From contig OZ220675.1 of NCBI GenBank assembly GCA_965116325.1, positions 246,929 through 310,928 on the forward strand: DNA of 64,000 nt, read 5' to 3'. This DNA is from Dehalococcoidia bacterium. Lineage in GTDB: Bacteria; Chloroflexota; Dehalococcoidia; Lucifugimonadales; JAGWBF01. Of the stretch, positions 18,505-28,998 are shown one piece after another (within the stretch, counting starts at the first letter, position 1; each line of letters begins with the position of its first letter). A model generated the notes under the pieces. The model did no database searches, was not told the DNA's origin, and saw only the letters and a program-made list of their open reading frames with translations. The position numbers and the translations under genes were made by a program.

Positions 18505-19823
18505 TCGATCGGTACTCTCGCCCCGCGATGAAGCTGGTCTGGTCCGACGAAAACAAGTACGCCAAGTGGCTTGCCGTGGAGCTGGCGGTGTGCGAGGCGT
18601 GGGCCGAGGAAGGCACCATCCCCGATGAAGACATGCGGAAGCTGCGAAATGCCCGCTTCGATGCAGCCCGGATGGACGAGGTGTTCCAAAAAACCCGCCA
18701 TGATGTGACGGCCTTCCTGCGCTCTATCACCGACAACCTGGGGGAAGAAGGGCGCTGGATTCACCTGGGGCTAACTTCCAGCGACGTTATGGATACCGCC
18801 CTGAGCTTGCAGATGGTTGAAGCTGCAGACCTGCTTATCCAGGAAGCGAAGGGGCTGAGAAACACCCTGGAGGCGATGGCCCGGACATACAAGGACACCC
18901 CGATGATGGGACGCACCCATGGCATCCACGGGGAGCCGATCACCTTCGGCCTTAAGCTGGCCCTGTGGTGGGATGAGATGAGGCGCAACGTCGAACGCCT
19001 GGAGCAGGCCAAGCTGAACATCAGCGTCGGCAAGATATCGGGGGCTGTGGGCACCCACGCAACTGTGCCCCCCGGCATCGAGAGCAGGGTCTGCGATCGA
19101 TTGGGACTGGGAGTGGCCCCGGTTTCCAGCCAGATCATCCAGCGGGACCGGCACGCCCACTGCATGTCGGCCTTGGCCATAACGGCCGCATCCCTGGAGA
19201 AGTTCGCCACCGAGATCAGGTCTCTCCAGCGCACCGAAGTACGGGAGGTTGAAGAGCCCTTTGGCGAAGGCCAGACAGGGTCCTCAGCCATGCCCCACAA
19301 GCGCAACCCGGAGCTTTCAGAACGGGTTTGCGGGTTGTCCCGTCTCATACGGGGACACCTGGTCACCGCGCTGGAAAACGTTGCGCTATGGCATGAGCGG
19401 GACATCAGCCACTCCTCGGCTGAGAGGCTGATCCTGCCCGATTCGTGCCTGGCCCTGGACTATATCCTGGCGGTGTTCAACCAGGTAATGCAAGGCTTGC
19501 GGGTGTACCCGGACCGAATGTGGCAGAACATGGAGAGCACCCGCGGTGTCCTCTTCAGCCAGAGGGTGCTGCTATCGCTCGTGGAGAAGGGGCTGGCCAG
19601 GGACAAGGCTTACCATCTTGTCCAAGCCAACGCTATGCGGAGCTGGGACGAAGGCCATGACTTCCGAGAGCTCACGAGGAAGGACAGCGCCATCCAGTCA
19701 CACATCTCCGGGGACGAGATGGACGATCTATTCGATTACAGCTACTACTTGCGGTACGTGGATGAGACCTTCGAGCGGGTGGGGCTTCAACCGGCAGCAG
19801 CGATGGATGCAACAACAAGATGA
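18501..19823 (+). CDS. purB: adenylosuccinate lyase
   Basis: MIDRYSRP, GRTHG and SSAMPHKRNP motifs. Confidence 0.97.
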   Translation: MIDRYSRPAMKLVWSDENKYAKWLAVELAVCEAWAEEGTIPDEDMRKLRNARFDAARMDEVFQKTRHDVTAFLRSITDNLGEEGRWIHLGLTSSDVMDTALSLQMVEAADLLIQEAKGLRNTLEAMARTYKDTPMMGRTHGIHGEPITFGLKLALWWDEMRRNVERLEQAKLNISVGKISGAVGTHATVPPGIESRVCDRLGLGVAPVSSQIIQRDRHAHCMSALAITAASLEKFATEIRSLQRTEVREVEEPFGEGQTGSSAMPHKRNPELSERVCGLSRLIRGHLVTALENVALWHERDISHSSAERLILPDSCLALDYILAVFNQVMQGLRVYPDRMWQNMESTRGVLFSQRVLLSLVEKGLARDKAYHLVQANAMRSWDEGHDFRELTRKDSAIQSHISGDEMDDLFDYSYYLRYVDETFERVGLQPAAAMDATTR

Positions 19824-19836
19824 GGTGGGGAAGCGA

Positions 19837-20757
19837 ATGGCGACAGGTATAACTCAGGACATGCTTTATCAGGGAAAGGTGCGGGACGTTTACACTCTGC
19901 CCGGTAACGTGCTAGGTCCGGGCGAAAAGGACGCTCTGCTGTTCGTAGCATCGGACAGGATTTCGGCCTTTGACGTGGTGCTCCCAACGCTGATCCCAGA
20001 CAAAGGGAAGGTGCTGAACCAGATATCAGCCTTCTGGTTCGACAAGACCCAGCACATTCTGCCCAACCACATGCTCCATGTGGTAGAGCCGGGTTGGCTG
20101 ACGGGCTTTGGAGATGAATCGGCTGCCTCTGAGTTTGCCCCCTTCGTCCATAGGGGGATGGTGGTCAAGCGAGCGGAGCGCGTCGATATCGAGTGCATCG
20201 TCCGGGGATACCTGGCTGGCTCGGCTTGGAGCGAGTACAAGGCCAGCGGGACCGTCTGGGGCCAGAGCTTCCCCGCGGGAATGAAGGAAGGTCAGCTCCT
20301 GGACAAGCCCCTGTTCACGCCAACGACCAAGGCGGAGGAGGGGCACGACGAAAGCATGACCAACCAGCAAGTTGTGGATATGGTCGGGGCGGACTTGGCC
20401 CAGCGTCTGGAAGAGGTTAGCATCGCCCTGTTCTCTTTCGCCCATGAGTATGCCAGGGAACGCGGCATAATCCTGGCGGACACCAAGATGGAGTTCGGCC
20501 TGCTGGACGGGGAGCTAATCCTGATCGACGAGCTGTTCACTCCCGATTCCAGCCGGTTCTGGGATGCATCCGCTTATGAGCCCGGGCAGTCCCAGCCCAA
20601 CTATGACAAGCAGTACGTCAGGGACTGGCTCGTCGACCAGGGCTGGGACCGGGAACCTCCCGCGCCGGAGCTGCCAGACGAGGTCGTCAGGCTGACCCAG
20701 GAGCGGTACTTCGAGGCTTTCCAGCGCTTGACGGGCCGAGACTTGTCCAAGAACTGA
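19837..20757 (+). CDS. purC: SAICAR synthetase
   Basis: GKVRDVY, SDRISAFD, ADTKMEFG and TPDSSRFW motifs; ATG at 19837 after the purB stop. Confidence 0.96.
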   Translation: MATGITQDMLYQGKVRDVYTLPGNVLGPGEKDALLFVASDRISAFDVVLPTLIPDKGKVLNQISAFWFDKTQHILPNHMLHVVEPGWLTGFGDESAASEFAPFVHRGMVVKRAERVDIECIVRGYLAGSAWSEYKASGTVWGQSFPAGMKEGQLLDKPLFTPTTKAEEGHDESMTNQQVVDMVGADLAQRLEEVSIALFSFAHEYARERGIILADTKMEFGLLDGELILIDELFTPDSSRFWDASAYEPGQSQPNYDKQYVRDWLVDQGWDREPPAPELPDEVVRLTQERYFEAFQRLTGRDLSKN

Positions 20758-20777
20758 TGATTACCAGGAGCATTTAA

Positions 20778-21485
20778 TTGCCTCAAAGCAACCAAAGAAG
20801 AGGTGGAAGAAGACGGTCCGGGCGGGGCATCCGCGGGGGATCGCCGGGACGCCGGGGCGGCGCGCCTGTCCAAACGTCGGGAGGTCGCAACCGTTTTGGC
20901 AGACGACTTACTCGATGGGTTGTCGTCGGCGTGGTCTCTGTAGTCGCTATCCTCATCATTTTCAGCTTTGCCATCACTGCCATAGATCCTGGAGGCACAC
21001 TCGGTAATGATGGCGGGGGAACCGGAGAAGAGGTAGGCGAACGCCACGAGAGCATCGGGAATGAACACATCCCCAGATTCGAGAGCTACACAAACTACAA
21101 CACCACCCCACCTACATCCGGGCCTCACTGGGATGTGATGAGCAATCCCCGCGTCCCAGTGGAATGTGGATTCTATGACCAGCAGCTGCGCAATGAGCGT
21201 ACCGTGCATAACTTGGAGCACGGCCACATTGTTGTCAGCTACAACATCGGTGATGAACAAAAGAGACAGGCCCTCTTCGATGCTGTGCGCGACCTTCCCG
21301 GTTGGAGCCGGTACGTGGTGGTGCAGCCCTACGCCCAGTTGCCCGAAGGCCAGATAGCCATGACCGGATGGGAGTACCTGCAGCGCTTCGATGAGGTGGA
21401 CCCTGAAGGGATGCGTGAGTTTTACGATGCACGCCGGGGACATGGTCTTGAAGGACCTGCGGGGCTGGGCATACCTTGTCTATAG
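20778..21485 (+). CDS. DUF3105-family membrane-anchored protein
   Basis: Basic N-terminus, one TM helix, and PPTSGPHW and VHNLEHG motifs. Confidence 0.8.
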   Translation: MPQSNQRRGGRRRSGRGIRGGSPGRRGGAPVQTSGGRNRFGRRLTRWVVVGVVSVVAILIIFSFAITAIDPGGTLGNDGGGTGEEVGERHESIGNEHIPRFESYTNYNTTPPTSGPHWDVMSNPRVPVECGFYDQQLRNERTVHNLEHGHIVVSYNIGDEQKRQALFDAVRDLPGWSRYVVVQPYAQLPEGQIAMTGWEYLQRFDEVDPEGMREFYDARRGHGLEGPAGLGIPCL

Positions 21486-21499
21486 CCGGGGTAGTATGA

Positions 21500-21751
21500 A
21501 TGTACCTGGCAAAGGTGCACGTAACCCTTAAGCCCACGGTCAGCGACCCCCAAGGTCAGACGGTCCTGGGCGGCCTCAAGATGCTGGGGTTCGACACGGT
21601 GCAGTCCGTGCGCATGGGCAAGTACCTGGAGATGAAGCTGGATACCGACAGGCTTGAGGAAGCTCAGGAGCAGGTGAGCCAGATGTGCAACCGCCTGTTG
21701 GCGAACATGGTGATCGAGGAGTATAGCTTCGATCTGGAGGAGACCGACTAG
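21500..21751 (+). CDS. purS: FGAM synthase subunit PurS
   Basis: DPQG, VRMGKY and LLANMVIEEY motifs. Confidence 0.95.
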   Translation: MYLAKVHVTLKPTVSDPQGQTVLGGLKMLGFDTVQSVRMGKYLEMKLDTDRLEEAQEQVSQMCNRLLANMVIEEYSFDLEETD

Positions 21752-21760
21752 CTCCGGGTT

Positions 21761-22360
21761 CTAGCCGTCGATGGTGCCCTTGGTGCTGGGCACCTGTCCT
21801 GGCGCCCTCGGGTCCAGCTCCACAGCATCCCTCAGGGCCCTCGCCAGCGCTTTGAACAAACCCTCGGCCTTGTGATGCGAGTTCACGCCAGCCAGGATCC
21901 GCGCATGCAGGTTCATCTTTGCCTCGATGGCAAAGCTCTCCAGCAGGTGCCTCACCAGGTCGCCGGGCAGGGTCTCCACCATGTCCCCGGACAGGTCAAT
22001 ATCCAGGCAGGCGTAGCTCCGCCCGCTGAGGTCAACAGCCACCATCGCCAGGGTCTCGTCCAAGGGCACGAGGGCATGGCCCATCCTGCGGATGCCTGTG
22101 CCGTCCCCTAGAGCTTCCCGCAGGCCCCGGCCAAGAGTGATGCCGGTGTCCTCTACAAGGTGATGCCAGCCGGTCTCCAGGTCTCCCTTGGCTTGAAAGT
22201 TGATGTCTATCAGGCTATGCCGGGACAACTGGGACACCAGGTGGTCCAGCATGCCGTTGCCCGTCGCCACCTCGTAGGCTCCCTGGCCGTCCAGGTCTAT
22301 GCTCAGGCGGCAGTGGGTCTCCCGGGTCTGGCGGTCGATGGTTGCTGTGCGGGATGCCAT
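21761..22360 (-). CDS. hisB: imidazoleglycerol-phosphate dehydratase (monofunctional)
   Basis: RQTRET, DH, HHLVED and HHKAE motifs; no phosphatase domain. Confidence 0.96.
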   Translation of the reverse strand: MASRTATIDRQTRETHCRLSIDLDGQGAYEVATGNGMLDHLVSQLSRHSLIDINFQAKGDLETGWHHLVEDTGITLGRGLREALGDGTGIRRMGHALVPLDETLAMVAVDLSGRSYACLDIDLSGDMVETLPGDLVRHLLESFAIEAKMNLHARILAGVNSHHKAEGLFKALARALRDAVELDPRAPGQVPSTKGTIDG

Positions 22361-22402
22361 GACAATGCTCCTAGCTGAATCGGAAAGCCGGAGCCACCGG
22401 CT

Positions 22403-23491
22403 TTAGACCATATCTTTCGTTATGTCAGTCAGGGCGGCGACCAGGGCATTGGTCTCGTGCGGTAGACCGACGCTGATCCGGGCGTGGTCTTTCATTCGAT
22501 CGTTGGAGAAGTAACGCACGAATATCCCACGCATGGCCAGCCCGTTCACAACATCCTGCCCCCTTCCCCTCGGGAAGCCGCACAGGATGAAGTTTGCGTC
22601 GGAAGGCCAGACTGTGAGGCCTGGAACCTGCTGCAACAGCGAGTACATCCTGTCCCGCTCGTTGATTATGGTTCTCACCCGCTCCAACAGGGGTTCCAGG
22701 TTTTGCAGGGACGCCAGCAAGGCGACCTCTGCCGCCAGGTTGACGTTGTACGGCGGCTTGACGGCCATCATTATCTTGGCGATATCCGGGTCCATGACTC
22801 CCAGGCCTATTCGCAGGCCCGCCAATCCTGCCCACTTGCTAAAGGTCCGAAGCACCACCAGGTTGGGGTGTTCCTTGACCATGGGCATAACAGTCTTGCC
22901 GCAAAACTCGTAGTAGGTCTCGTCCACTACAACCATGATTCCCGTCTTCAGCAGCTCTTCTATCTGCCAGTCGGGGGTGGTGTTGCCGGTGGGATTGTTG
23001 GGCGACGCGATAAGAATCGCCTTGGTCTCCGAATCGATGGCCAGGCGCGTCGATTCAATGTCGATGTCGAAGGACTCGCTGCGCGGGACCACTACAACGT
23101 TCCCGCCGCATATCCGAGCGCAGATGGCATACATCCCAAAGGTGGGGTCTGGTTCGATCATCTTTTCGCCGGGTCCAATTACCATGCGAAGGGTCAGGTC
23201 GATCAGCTCATCGCTTCCATTGCCTGCGATGATGTATTCCGGTCCTATCCCCAGGTAGGCCGATAGAGCTTCCCTCAGGGTGCGCTGCTCGGGGTCGGGA
23301 TAGCGATTGTAGTCCTTGAAATTGCCGAGGGCCTCGCTGACCGCCGGTGACGGCCCGTAGGGGTTCTCGTTGCCGTTGAGGCGGATGACCTTGTCTTCCG
23401 GGATGCCGGCCTTCTGGGCCAGCACCTCGGTGGGGTCCACCCCTTCGTACATCTTGAGGTTCCGGATGTGAGGCTGCAGCGGATCAAGCAT
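22403..23491 (-). CDS. hisC: histidinol-phosphate aminotransferase
   Basis: NENPYG, GNGSDELI, SPNNPTG and RTFSKWAGLAGLRIG motifs; ATG overlaps the hisD stop. Confidence 0.95.
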   Translation of the reverse strand: MLDPLQPHIRNLKMYEGVDPTEVLAQKAGIPEDKVIRLNGNENPYGPSPAVSEALGNFKDYNRYPDPEQRTLREALSAYLGIGPEYIIAGNGSDELIDLTLRMVIGPGEKMIEPDPTFGMYAICARICGGNVVVVPRSESFDIDIESTRLAIDSETKAILIASPNNPTGNTTPDWQIEELLKTGIMVVVDETYYEFCGKTVMPMVKEHPNLVVLRTFSKWAGLAGLRIGLGVMDPDIAKIMMAVKPPYNVNLAAEVALLASLQNLEPLLERVRTIINERDRMYSLLQQVPGLTVWPSDANFILCGFPRGRGQDVVNGLAMRGIFVRYFSNDRMKDHARISVGLPHETNALVAALTDITKDMV

Positions 23492-24830
23492 CTCTAACCT
23501 CCGCCAGTCCCTCCAGCCTGACCTCGACAGCCCGGGCATGGCCTGTCAGCCCTTCGGCTTTGGCGATCCTGGAAGCGGCTTCCGCCAGGGGTGGGTATGC
23601 CTCGGGCTTCAGCCCGACTACGGGCATAGTCTTGAGGAAATGGTGGATGCTGAGGGCAGAGTTGAACCTGGCCGTGCCTCCCGTCGGCATGACGTGACTG
23701 GGTCCCGCCACATAGTCGCCCATGACCTCCGGGGAGTACTCTCCGAGGAATACCCCTCCAGCATGCCTGACCTTGGCCGCCCAAGCCCAGGCATCCTTGA
23801 CCATCAGGCAAAGGTGCTCAGGGGCGATGGCGTTGGCCAGCTCGACGGCCTCGTCTAGGTCGTTCATGAGGAACACCCGTCCCTGGGACTGGATGGACGC
23901 TCCCGCAGTGTCGCCCCGGTCGAGGGTGGCAAGCTGCTTGTCCAGCTCGATCTCGATGTCAGACACAAGGTTGCGAGATGTTGTTACCAGTATGGGGCAC
24001 GCCAGGGGGTCATGCTCGGCTTGGGCAAGCAGGTCCGCTGCGCAGTAGACTGGGTTGGCGGTCTCGTCGGCAACTACTATCGTTTCGGTGGGTCCATATA
24101 TCCCGTCTATATCGACCTCACCGAATACCAGCCTCTTGGCAATGGTCACGAAGATGTTGCCGGGACCGCATATCTTGTCCACCTTGGGAATGGTCTCGGT
24201 GCCGTAGGCCATGGCGCCAATGGCCTGCGCGCCTCCCACACAGAACACCTGGTCCACTCCGGCCAAGTGGGCGGCAGCCATGACGGCAGGGGCCGGGTAG
24301 GCGCCGCCCCTGGCGGGAGAAGTCAGGACAATCTCCTTGACGCCGGCGACCTTAGCGGGTATGGCTGTCATCAGCACAGTGGAGGGGTAGGCCGCCGTGC
24401 CTCCGGGCACATATATGCCGATCCTCTCCAGGGGAACGACCAGCTCGCCAAGGCCCGAAGGCAGGTCCAGCCAGCTCTGACGCATTGTGGGGCGGTGAAA
24501 CTCTTCGACGCGCTGGGCGGCCAACTCTAAGGCATCCCTCAGGGAAGCTGGGAGGCTATTCCAAGCGCCAGCCAGCTCTTCCGTCGGCACGCTGATGACA
24601 TCCAGGTCCACGCCATCCAGGGCCTTGGTGTACTTGCGCAGGGCTCCGTCCCCCTGGGAGCGCACATCCTGCAGTATGCGGGTAACGGACTCGGTGACCG
24701 AGAGCCTCTCCCCGAAAATCTCAAAGGTCTTCTGGGAGACCTGTTCCGGCAGGGACGACACATCAAGGGGATCAACCCTCTTGAAGGCGTCTTTAGAGGC
24801 CCGCGATCCCTTAAAGATTTGCAGGTTCAC
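23484..24830 (-). CDS. hisD: histidinol dehydrogenase
   Basis: GIYVPGG, GPGN, QAEHD, APEHL and [13 protein letters not shown] motifs. Confidence 0.97.
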   Translation of the reverse strand: MNLQIFKGSRASKDAFKRVDPLDVSSLPEQVSQKTFEIFGERLSVTESVTRILQDVRSQGDGALRKYTKALDGVDLDVISVPTEELAGAWNSLPASLRDALELAAQRVEEFHRPTMRQSWLDLPSGLGELVVPLERIGIYVPGGTAAYPSTVLMTAIPAKVAGVKEIVLTSPARGGAYPAPAVMAAAHLAGVDQVFCVGGAQAIGAMAYGTETIPKVDKICGPGNIFVTIAKRLVFGEVDIDGIYGPTETIVVADETANPVYCAADLLAQAEHDPLACPILVTTSRNLVSDIEIELDKQLATLDRGDTAGASIQSQGRVFLMNDLDEAVELANAIAPEHLCLMVKDAWAWAAKVRHAGGVFLGEYSPEVMGDYVAGPSHVMPTGGTARFNSALSIHHFLKTMPVVGLKPEAYPPLAEAASRIAKAEGLTGHARAVEVRLEGLAEVRDA

Positions 24831-25575
24831 CCAAGTACTCCTTGACCATTCGTACGGATTCGGCTATCGCCTTGTCGCGATAGGTTGCTATCTTGTCTTT
24901 AGGCACCAGCCCGTACACCTCTTCCAGGCTGTCAGGCATGCTGAGGAGGAAGTCCTCGGCGATCTTGGCGGCATCGGCGTCGTCCCTGTACATCCTTCGG
25001 GTCGCAAACCTGAGGCGCTCCCAGGTGAAGTCCCATGTCGTGAACTTAACGACCCACTCCCGCCATTGGGCCAGCTGTTCGCAATCCAGGAAGCCTATAT
25101 CCACGTCCTCTTCGGAGCCCTGAAGATGTCGGCGAATCTCCTCCCGGTCCCCCATGTCATCCATGGCAACCCTGTCCATATCCAGCTGGAGGGCCCTGTC
25201 CCAGATGTTGGCCTGCATCTTTTCCTGCTCTATCGAATGTCCGCCAAAGTACTGCTGGTAGATGTCGATTATCCACGTCTCATCGGCCGCCAGGTGGGAC
25301 AGATAACCGGCCAGGAAAGCTGAGGTAGCAGGCCCCAGCTTGGACTTATCGGCAAGCTGGGGATGGGAACCGAACAGGCCCTCGGCTCCCGCGCCAATCT
25401 TCTTTGTAGCAAGGGGGGCGAAGTGGGTATCCTCTCGTTTCCCTTTTGTCATGGCCCTTATATCGGGGGTCGTCGACCCTAGGAGGAAGCAGCCCAAGTA
25501 CGAGTCTATGTCCGGGTCTTCCAACTGCTCTCGCACTTTGAGGGCCATGTCCAGGTGTACCGGCAGGTTGGGCAC
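24811..25575 (-). CDS. zinc-dependent phospholipase C/P1-nuclease-like phosphoesterase family protein
   Basis: GTG start, MPNLPVH; LGSTTPD, THF and GYLSHLAAD putative Zn ligands. Confidence 0.8.
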   Translation of the reverse strand: MPNLPVHLDMALKVREQLEDPDIDSYLGCFLLGSTTPDIRAMTKGKREDTHFAPLATKKIGAGAEGLFGSHPQLADKSKLGPATSAFLAGYLSHLAADETWIIDIYQQYFGGHSIEQEKMQANIWDRALQLDMDRVAMDDMGDREEIRRHLQGSEEDVDIGFLDCEQLAQWREWVVKFTTWDFTWERLRFATRRMYRDDADAAKIAEDFLLSMPDSLEEVYGLVPKDKIATYRDKAIAESVRMVKEYLGEPANL

Positions 25576-25576
25576 C

Positions 25577-26635
25577 TCAGTCATCCTCCAGGGCATCCAC
25601 CAGGTTCCGGTAAGACTGGCAATGGTGTTCAAAGAGGTAACTGACGGGCGATGCGGCAACATCCCTTGCGCCCGCATCCCGTAAGTGGTCTACCGCGTCC
25701 AGTATGCCTTCCTTGCGTACCAGCAGGCTGACCGAGTACCAGTCTTGACCTTCGACATTATACACCCTGGATATGGTCGGCCCCTGGAGTCCGGCAAGGT
25801 CGGGTCTGCTCAAAATCCGAATGCTCACGGATTCGGCCGAGTCCCCGTGAACGTTCGCCGTGAGACGGTAGAAGGTGCCTCCCTTGAGGTAGCCTTCTAT
25901 CCGCTCCAGCAGCTCCCTGGTTAGGGCAAGCCCGTCGGGATGGGCCTTCAGGCCCTTGCGGTTCCCGATGAGACAAGCTTGGGAAGTAAGGATGGACCCG
26001 TCGCCCAGGGTCTTCAGGCCGTTTTCCCGCAGGGTGACGCCGCTGGCGGTGAGGTCTGCTATGAGGTCAGCATATCCTGCCATGGGGGCCGCTTCCAGGC
26101 TGCCGCTGGCTTGGATGAGGGAGAAGTAGTTGATGCCTCCTCGATTCAGAAAGGACTGGAGAAGCCGGGGATACTTCGTGGCGATGCGAAGCTGCTTTCC
26201 CTGGCTGCGGAAGTCCAGCGCTACATCGCCGAGGTCGCTCAGGGTTGACACATCCAGCCAGGATGCGGGCACAGCCAGCACCAGCTCACATCGACCGTAG
26301 CTTAAGTCCTGGATGACCGGGATCACAGGGCTGGCTTCATGGCGCAGCTCCAGGTACCTGTCCAGGCCTGTAATGCCAAGCTCAGCGCTTCCCTCCTCCA
26401 CCTTTTGGGTGATATCCGCAGTCCGCTGGAAGAGCACATCGATCTTGGGGACCCCTGGGATGTAGGCGGAGTAGCTGCGGGAGCTGGGGCGCTCCACGGA
26501 AATGCCGCAGGCCCGCAGGAAAGCAAGGGTTGGTTCATACAGTTCGCCGTCGCTGGGGAGCACAAGCCTCAGGTGTCCCGCGCGGAACCCTGCTCCCCCG
26601 ACTTGACTGCCGTAGGCTGTGGGTGGGGTAAGCAT
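25577..26635 (-). CDS. hisG: ATP phosphoribosyltransferase, long form
   Basis: IATKYP, GSLEAAP and SGVTLREN motifs plus a C-terminal regulatory domain (GLQGPTIS). Confidence 0.93.
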   Translation of the reverse strand: MLTPPTAYGSQVGGAGFRAGHLRLVLPSDGELYEPTLAFLRACGISVERPSSRSYSAYIPGVPKIDVLFQRTADITQKVEEGSAELGITGLDRYLELRHEASPVIPVIQDLSYGRCELVLAVPASWLDVSTLSDLGDVALDFRSQGKQLRIATKYPRLLQSFLNRGGINYFSLIQASGSLEAAPMAGYADLIADLTASGVTLRENGLKTLGDGSILTSQACLIGNRKGLKAHPDGLALTRELLERIEGYLKGGTFYRLTANVHGDSAESVSIRILSRPDLAGLQGPTISRVYNVEGQDWYSVSLLVRKEGILDAVDHLRDAGARDVAASPVSYLFEHHCQSYRNLVDALEDD

Positions 26636-26640
26636 CGGGC

Positions 26641-28098
26641 TCAGCCTTTCTGTTTGCCCTGGCCGGCAGAACCCGGCACAGAATAGGGGATGGGGGAGCC
26701 ATCTTCGGCAATCTGGATTACTTCGACTATGCCAGTATTGGCGGCATAGGCGATAGCCGCCTCTAAGGACATGCCACAGACATCAATCTCGACCGGGCGT
26801 CCCTGGCTCCTCATCTTTTCGGCCAGCTTCAGGGCTTGCTGGTATGTGCCGTTGGAAGGAAGGACAAGGGTGCATGAGGGTTCCGAGGCTACCGTCGCCC
26901 TGGTTGATTCCTTGGCGCTTAGGATGTCCTGCAGCATCTCCACAGTGTAGGCGAATCCCAGGACAGGTACGTCTTCAGCGCTTCCGAGGGCCCTTGCCAA
27001 GGTGTCGCACCTGCCTCCACCAGCGATGGAGAAGGGAAGGGCAGCGTGTTTGATCTCGAAGATAAGCCCTGTGTAGTAGGCGATGTCCCTGGCGAGCCCA
27101 AAGTCCAGCACCAGGGAGTCTGCCGGCACGATGGCGCCGTCGATATGGCCCAGGGTCTCTTCAAGACGGTCCAGGGCAGACAAGTCGAGACCACTGGATC
27201 TGACAATCTCCCTGGCTTCTTCGATGCTGACTGCGGGGCTGCCCCGAACTCCCACCAGGGAAGTGACGAGATCGATTCCTTTCTCGAGCTTCGCGGGGTC
27301 GTCGGCGCCTTTGAACTTGGTAAGCAGGCGCTCCACAATGCCAAGGGGCTCCCTCTGGCCAAGGGAGCCGACCTCTCCCCACTGGATCATTCCATGCAGC
27401 AGACTCCGGGCCACCTCGTCGGGCATTTCGCGAATCCTGGCAACCAGCTCACCGTCGTCATCTTCGATTCCAACAAGGCGAAGGGTCCTAGCCTGCTCTC
27501 TCACGCCCTCTATCCCAGGCTGCCCGGATTTCAACTCCCCGATGCTGCCCAGAATGAACAGAATGGAGCGTTCGGACAACTCCAGCCGCTGCAGCAGCTG
27601 ATGCAGTACCCCTACATCGCTCAGCACGATGGTGTTGTCGGATATACCCAGGTTGGCCAACGAGGCGTAGCTGAGGGACAAGATTTCGGCGTCGGCCCTG
27701 GGACCAGCGGCTCCCAGCAGCTCTACCCCCGCCTGGGTGTACTGTCTGTAAGAACTCCCCTCACCATCGTAGCGGAACACAGGCCCGGCGTACTGGATAC
27801 GGGCAGGAAGGTGAGATGGCGAGTCCGATTCGATATAGCTCCGAAGTACTGAGCTTGTGTACTCGGGACGCAGGCTGACGTGGTTGCCTCCCGGGTCCAC
27901 GAAACTGTACATGCGAGCGGCAATCTCCCCTCCCGACTTCCGCAGGAATAGCTCGGTTGGTTCCAGGATAGGGGTGTCCAGGAGCTTATAGCGGTGGAGG
28001 GAGAAGAAGTTCCTGAGCTTTTCTTGGACTGCCGCCAAGGGCTGCCAGGAAGGCTCAGGAAGGTCGCGCATCCCCTTTAGGTGATACAGTCTGTCCAT
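26641..28098 (-). CDS. hisZ: HisZ / histidyl-tRNA-synthetase paralogue
   Basis: LRPEYT, FRY..RQYTQAGVE and YYTG motifs; motif 3 reads GFAYTVEM (no Arg); directly upstream of hisG. Confidence 0.8.
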   Translation of the reverse strand: MDRLYHLKGMRDLPEPSWQPLAAVQEKLRNFFSLHRYKLLDTPILEPTELFLRKSGGEIAARMYSFVDPGGNHVSLRPEYTSSVLRSYIESDSPSHLPARIQYAGPVFRYDGEGSSYRQYTQAGVELLGAAGPRADAEILSLSYASLANLGISDNTIVLSDVGVLHQLLQRLELSERSILFILGSIGELKSGQPGIEGVREQARTLRLVGIEDDDGELVARIREMPDEVARSLLHGMIQWGEVGSLGQREPLGIVERLLTKFKGADDPAKLEKGIDLVTSLVGVRGSPAVSIEEAREIVRSSGLDLSALDRLEETLGHIDGAIVPADSLVLDFGLARDIAYYTGLIFEIKHAALPFSIAGGGRCDTLARALGSAEDVPVLGFAYTVEMLQDILSAKESTRATVASEPSCTLVLPSNGTYQQALKLAEKMRSQGRPVEIDVCGMSLEAAIAYAANTGIVEVIQIAEDGSPIPYSVPGSAGQGKQKG

Positions 28099-28173
28099 TG
28101 GATTAGCTTGGGGTATTGTACACCAGAGCCTTGCGGCAGGAAAACAGAACCCTTGGGAAGGCGTGCGCAGGCC

Positions 28174-28935
28174 CTACGGGTGGGCCATCAGTCCGCCATC
28201 GACGTAGATGGGCTGTCCAGTAGTGTAGTCGCAGGAATCGGAAGCCAGGTACACCAGCAAAGGGCCGATGTCCCGTGGGTGCCCCTTGCGTCGCAAGGGA
28301 ATGTATCGCACCAGCAGCTCCTTCTGGGCTTCTTCGGGGTCTAGCTCCTCGGTGGATGTCCATCCCGTCCCGATGACGTTGACCCGAATGTTCTTTCGCC
28401 CCCACTCCAGGGCTAGGGCACGGGTCAGCTGCAGGACTGCCCCCTGGCTTGCGCAGTACACGCTGGACTCGGACAGCCCCCTTTCGGCCATGTTGTTGCT
28501 TATGTTAATGATCTTCCCGCTGCCCTGGGAGAGCATCTTCATTCCCGCAAGACGGCAGAACAGGTAAACGGGCTTGAAGTTGCGGTCCATCACCTTCTGA
28601 TACTCTGCGTCGCCAGTATCGCCTAAGGGCATACCATGGAGGGTGCGAAAGGCGTTGACCAGCACATCTATTCGCTTGTGAGTTTCCCAGACCTCTTCGA
28701 CCAGCGCCTCCACCGAGGTCTCGTCTGATGGATTGCACACGAAAGAGCCTGATAACTCACCCAGGGAATCGAGCATCCGTTCAGTCTCCTGGAGGACCCA
28801 GGACTGCCGGTCCGCAACCACCACCTTCGCCCCTGCTTCGGCTAAGGCGGCAGCCAAGTAGGGGGTGGCAACATCGCCGTCTCCTGCTAAGAGGGCTACC
28901 TTGCCGGAAAGTCTAAACTCATCTAGAACGGGCAT
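28174..28935 (-). CDS. SDR-family protein with degenerate cofactor and catalytic motifs
   Basis: SDR fold, but AGDGDVAT replaces TGxxxGxG, VNAF replaces NNAG and YCASQ replaces YxxxK. Confidence 0.85.
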   Translation of the reverse strand: MPVLDEFRLSGKVALLAGDGDVATPYLAAALAEAGAKVVVADRQSWVLQETERMLDSLGELSGSFVCNPSDETSVEALVEEVWETHKRIDVLVNAFRTLHGMPLGDTGDAEYQKVMDRNFKPVYLFCRLAGMKMLSQGSGKIINISNNMAERGLSESSVYCASQGAVLQLTRALALEWGRKNIRVNVIGTGWTSTEELDPEEAQKELLVRYIPLRRKGHPRDIGPLLVYLASDSCDYTTGQPIYVDGGLMAHP

Positions 28936-28998
28936 CTTCTTGCGCTCTGCATGAGGTCTCTGGGATTTCAGCTTTAGTGCACCAAGTTGTGGCGGAGG

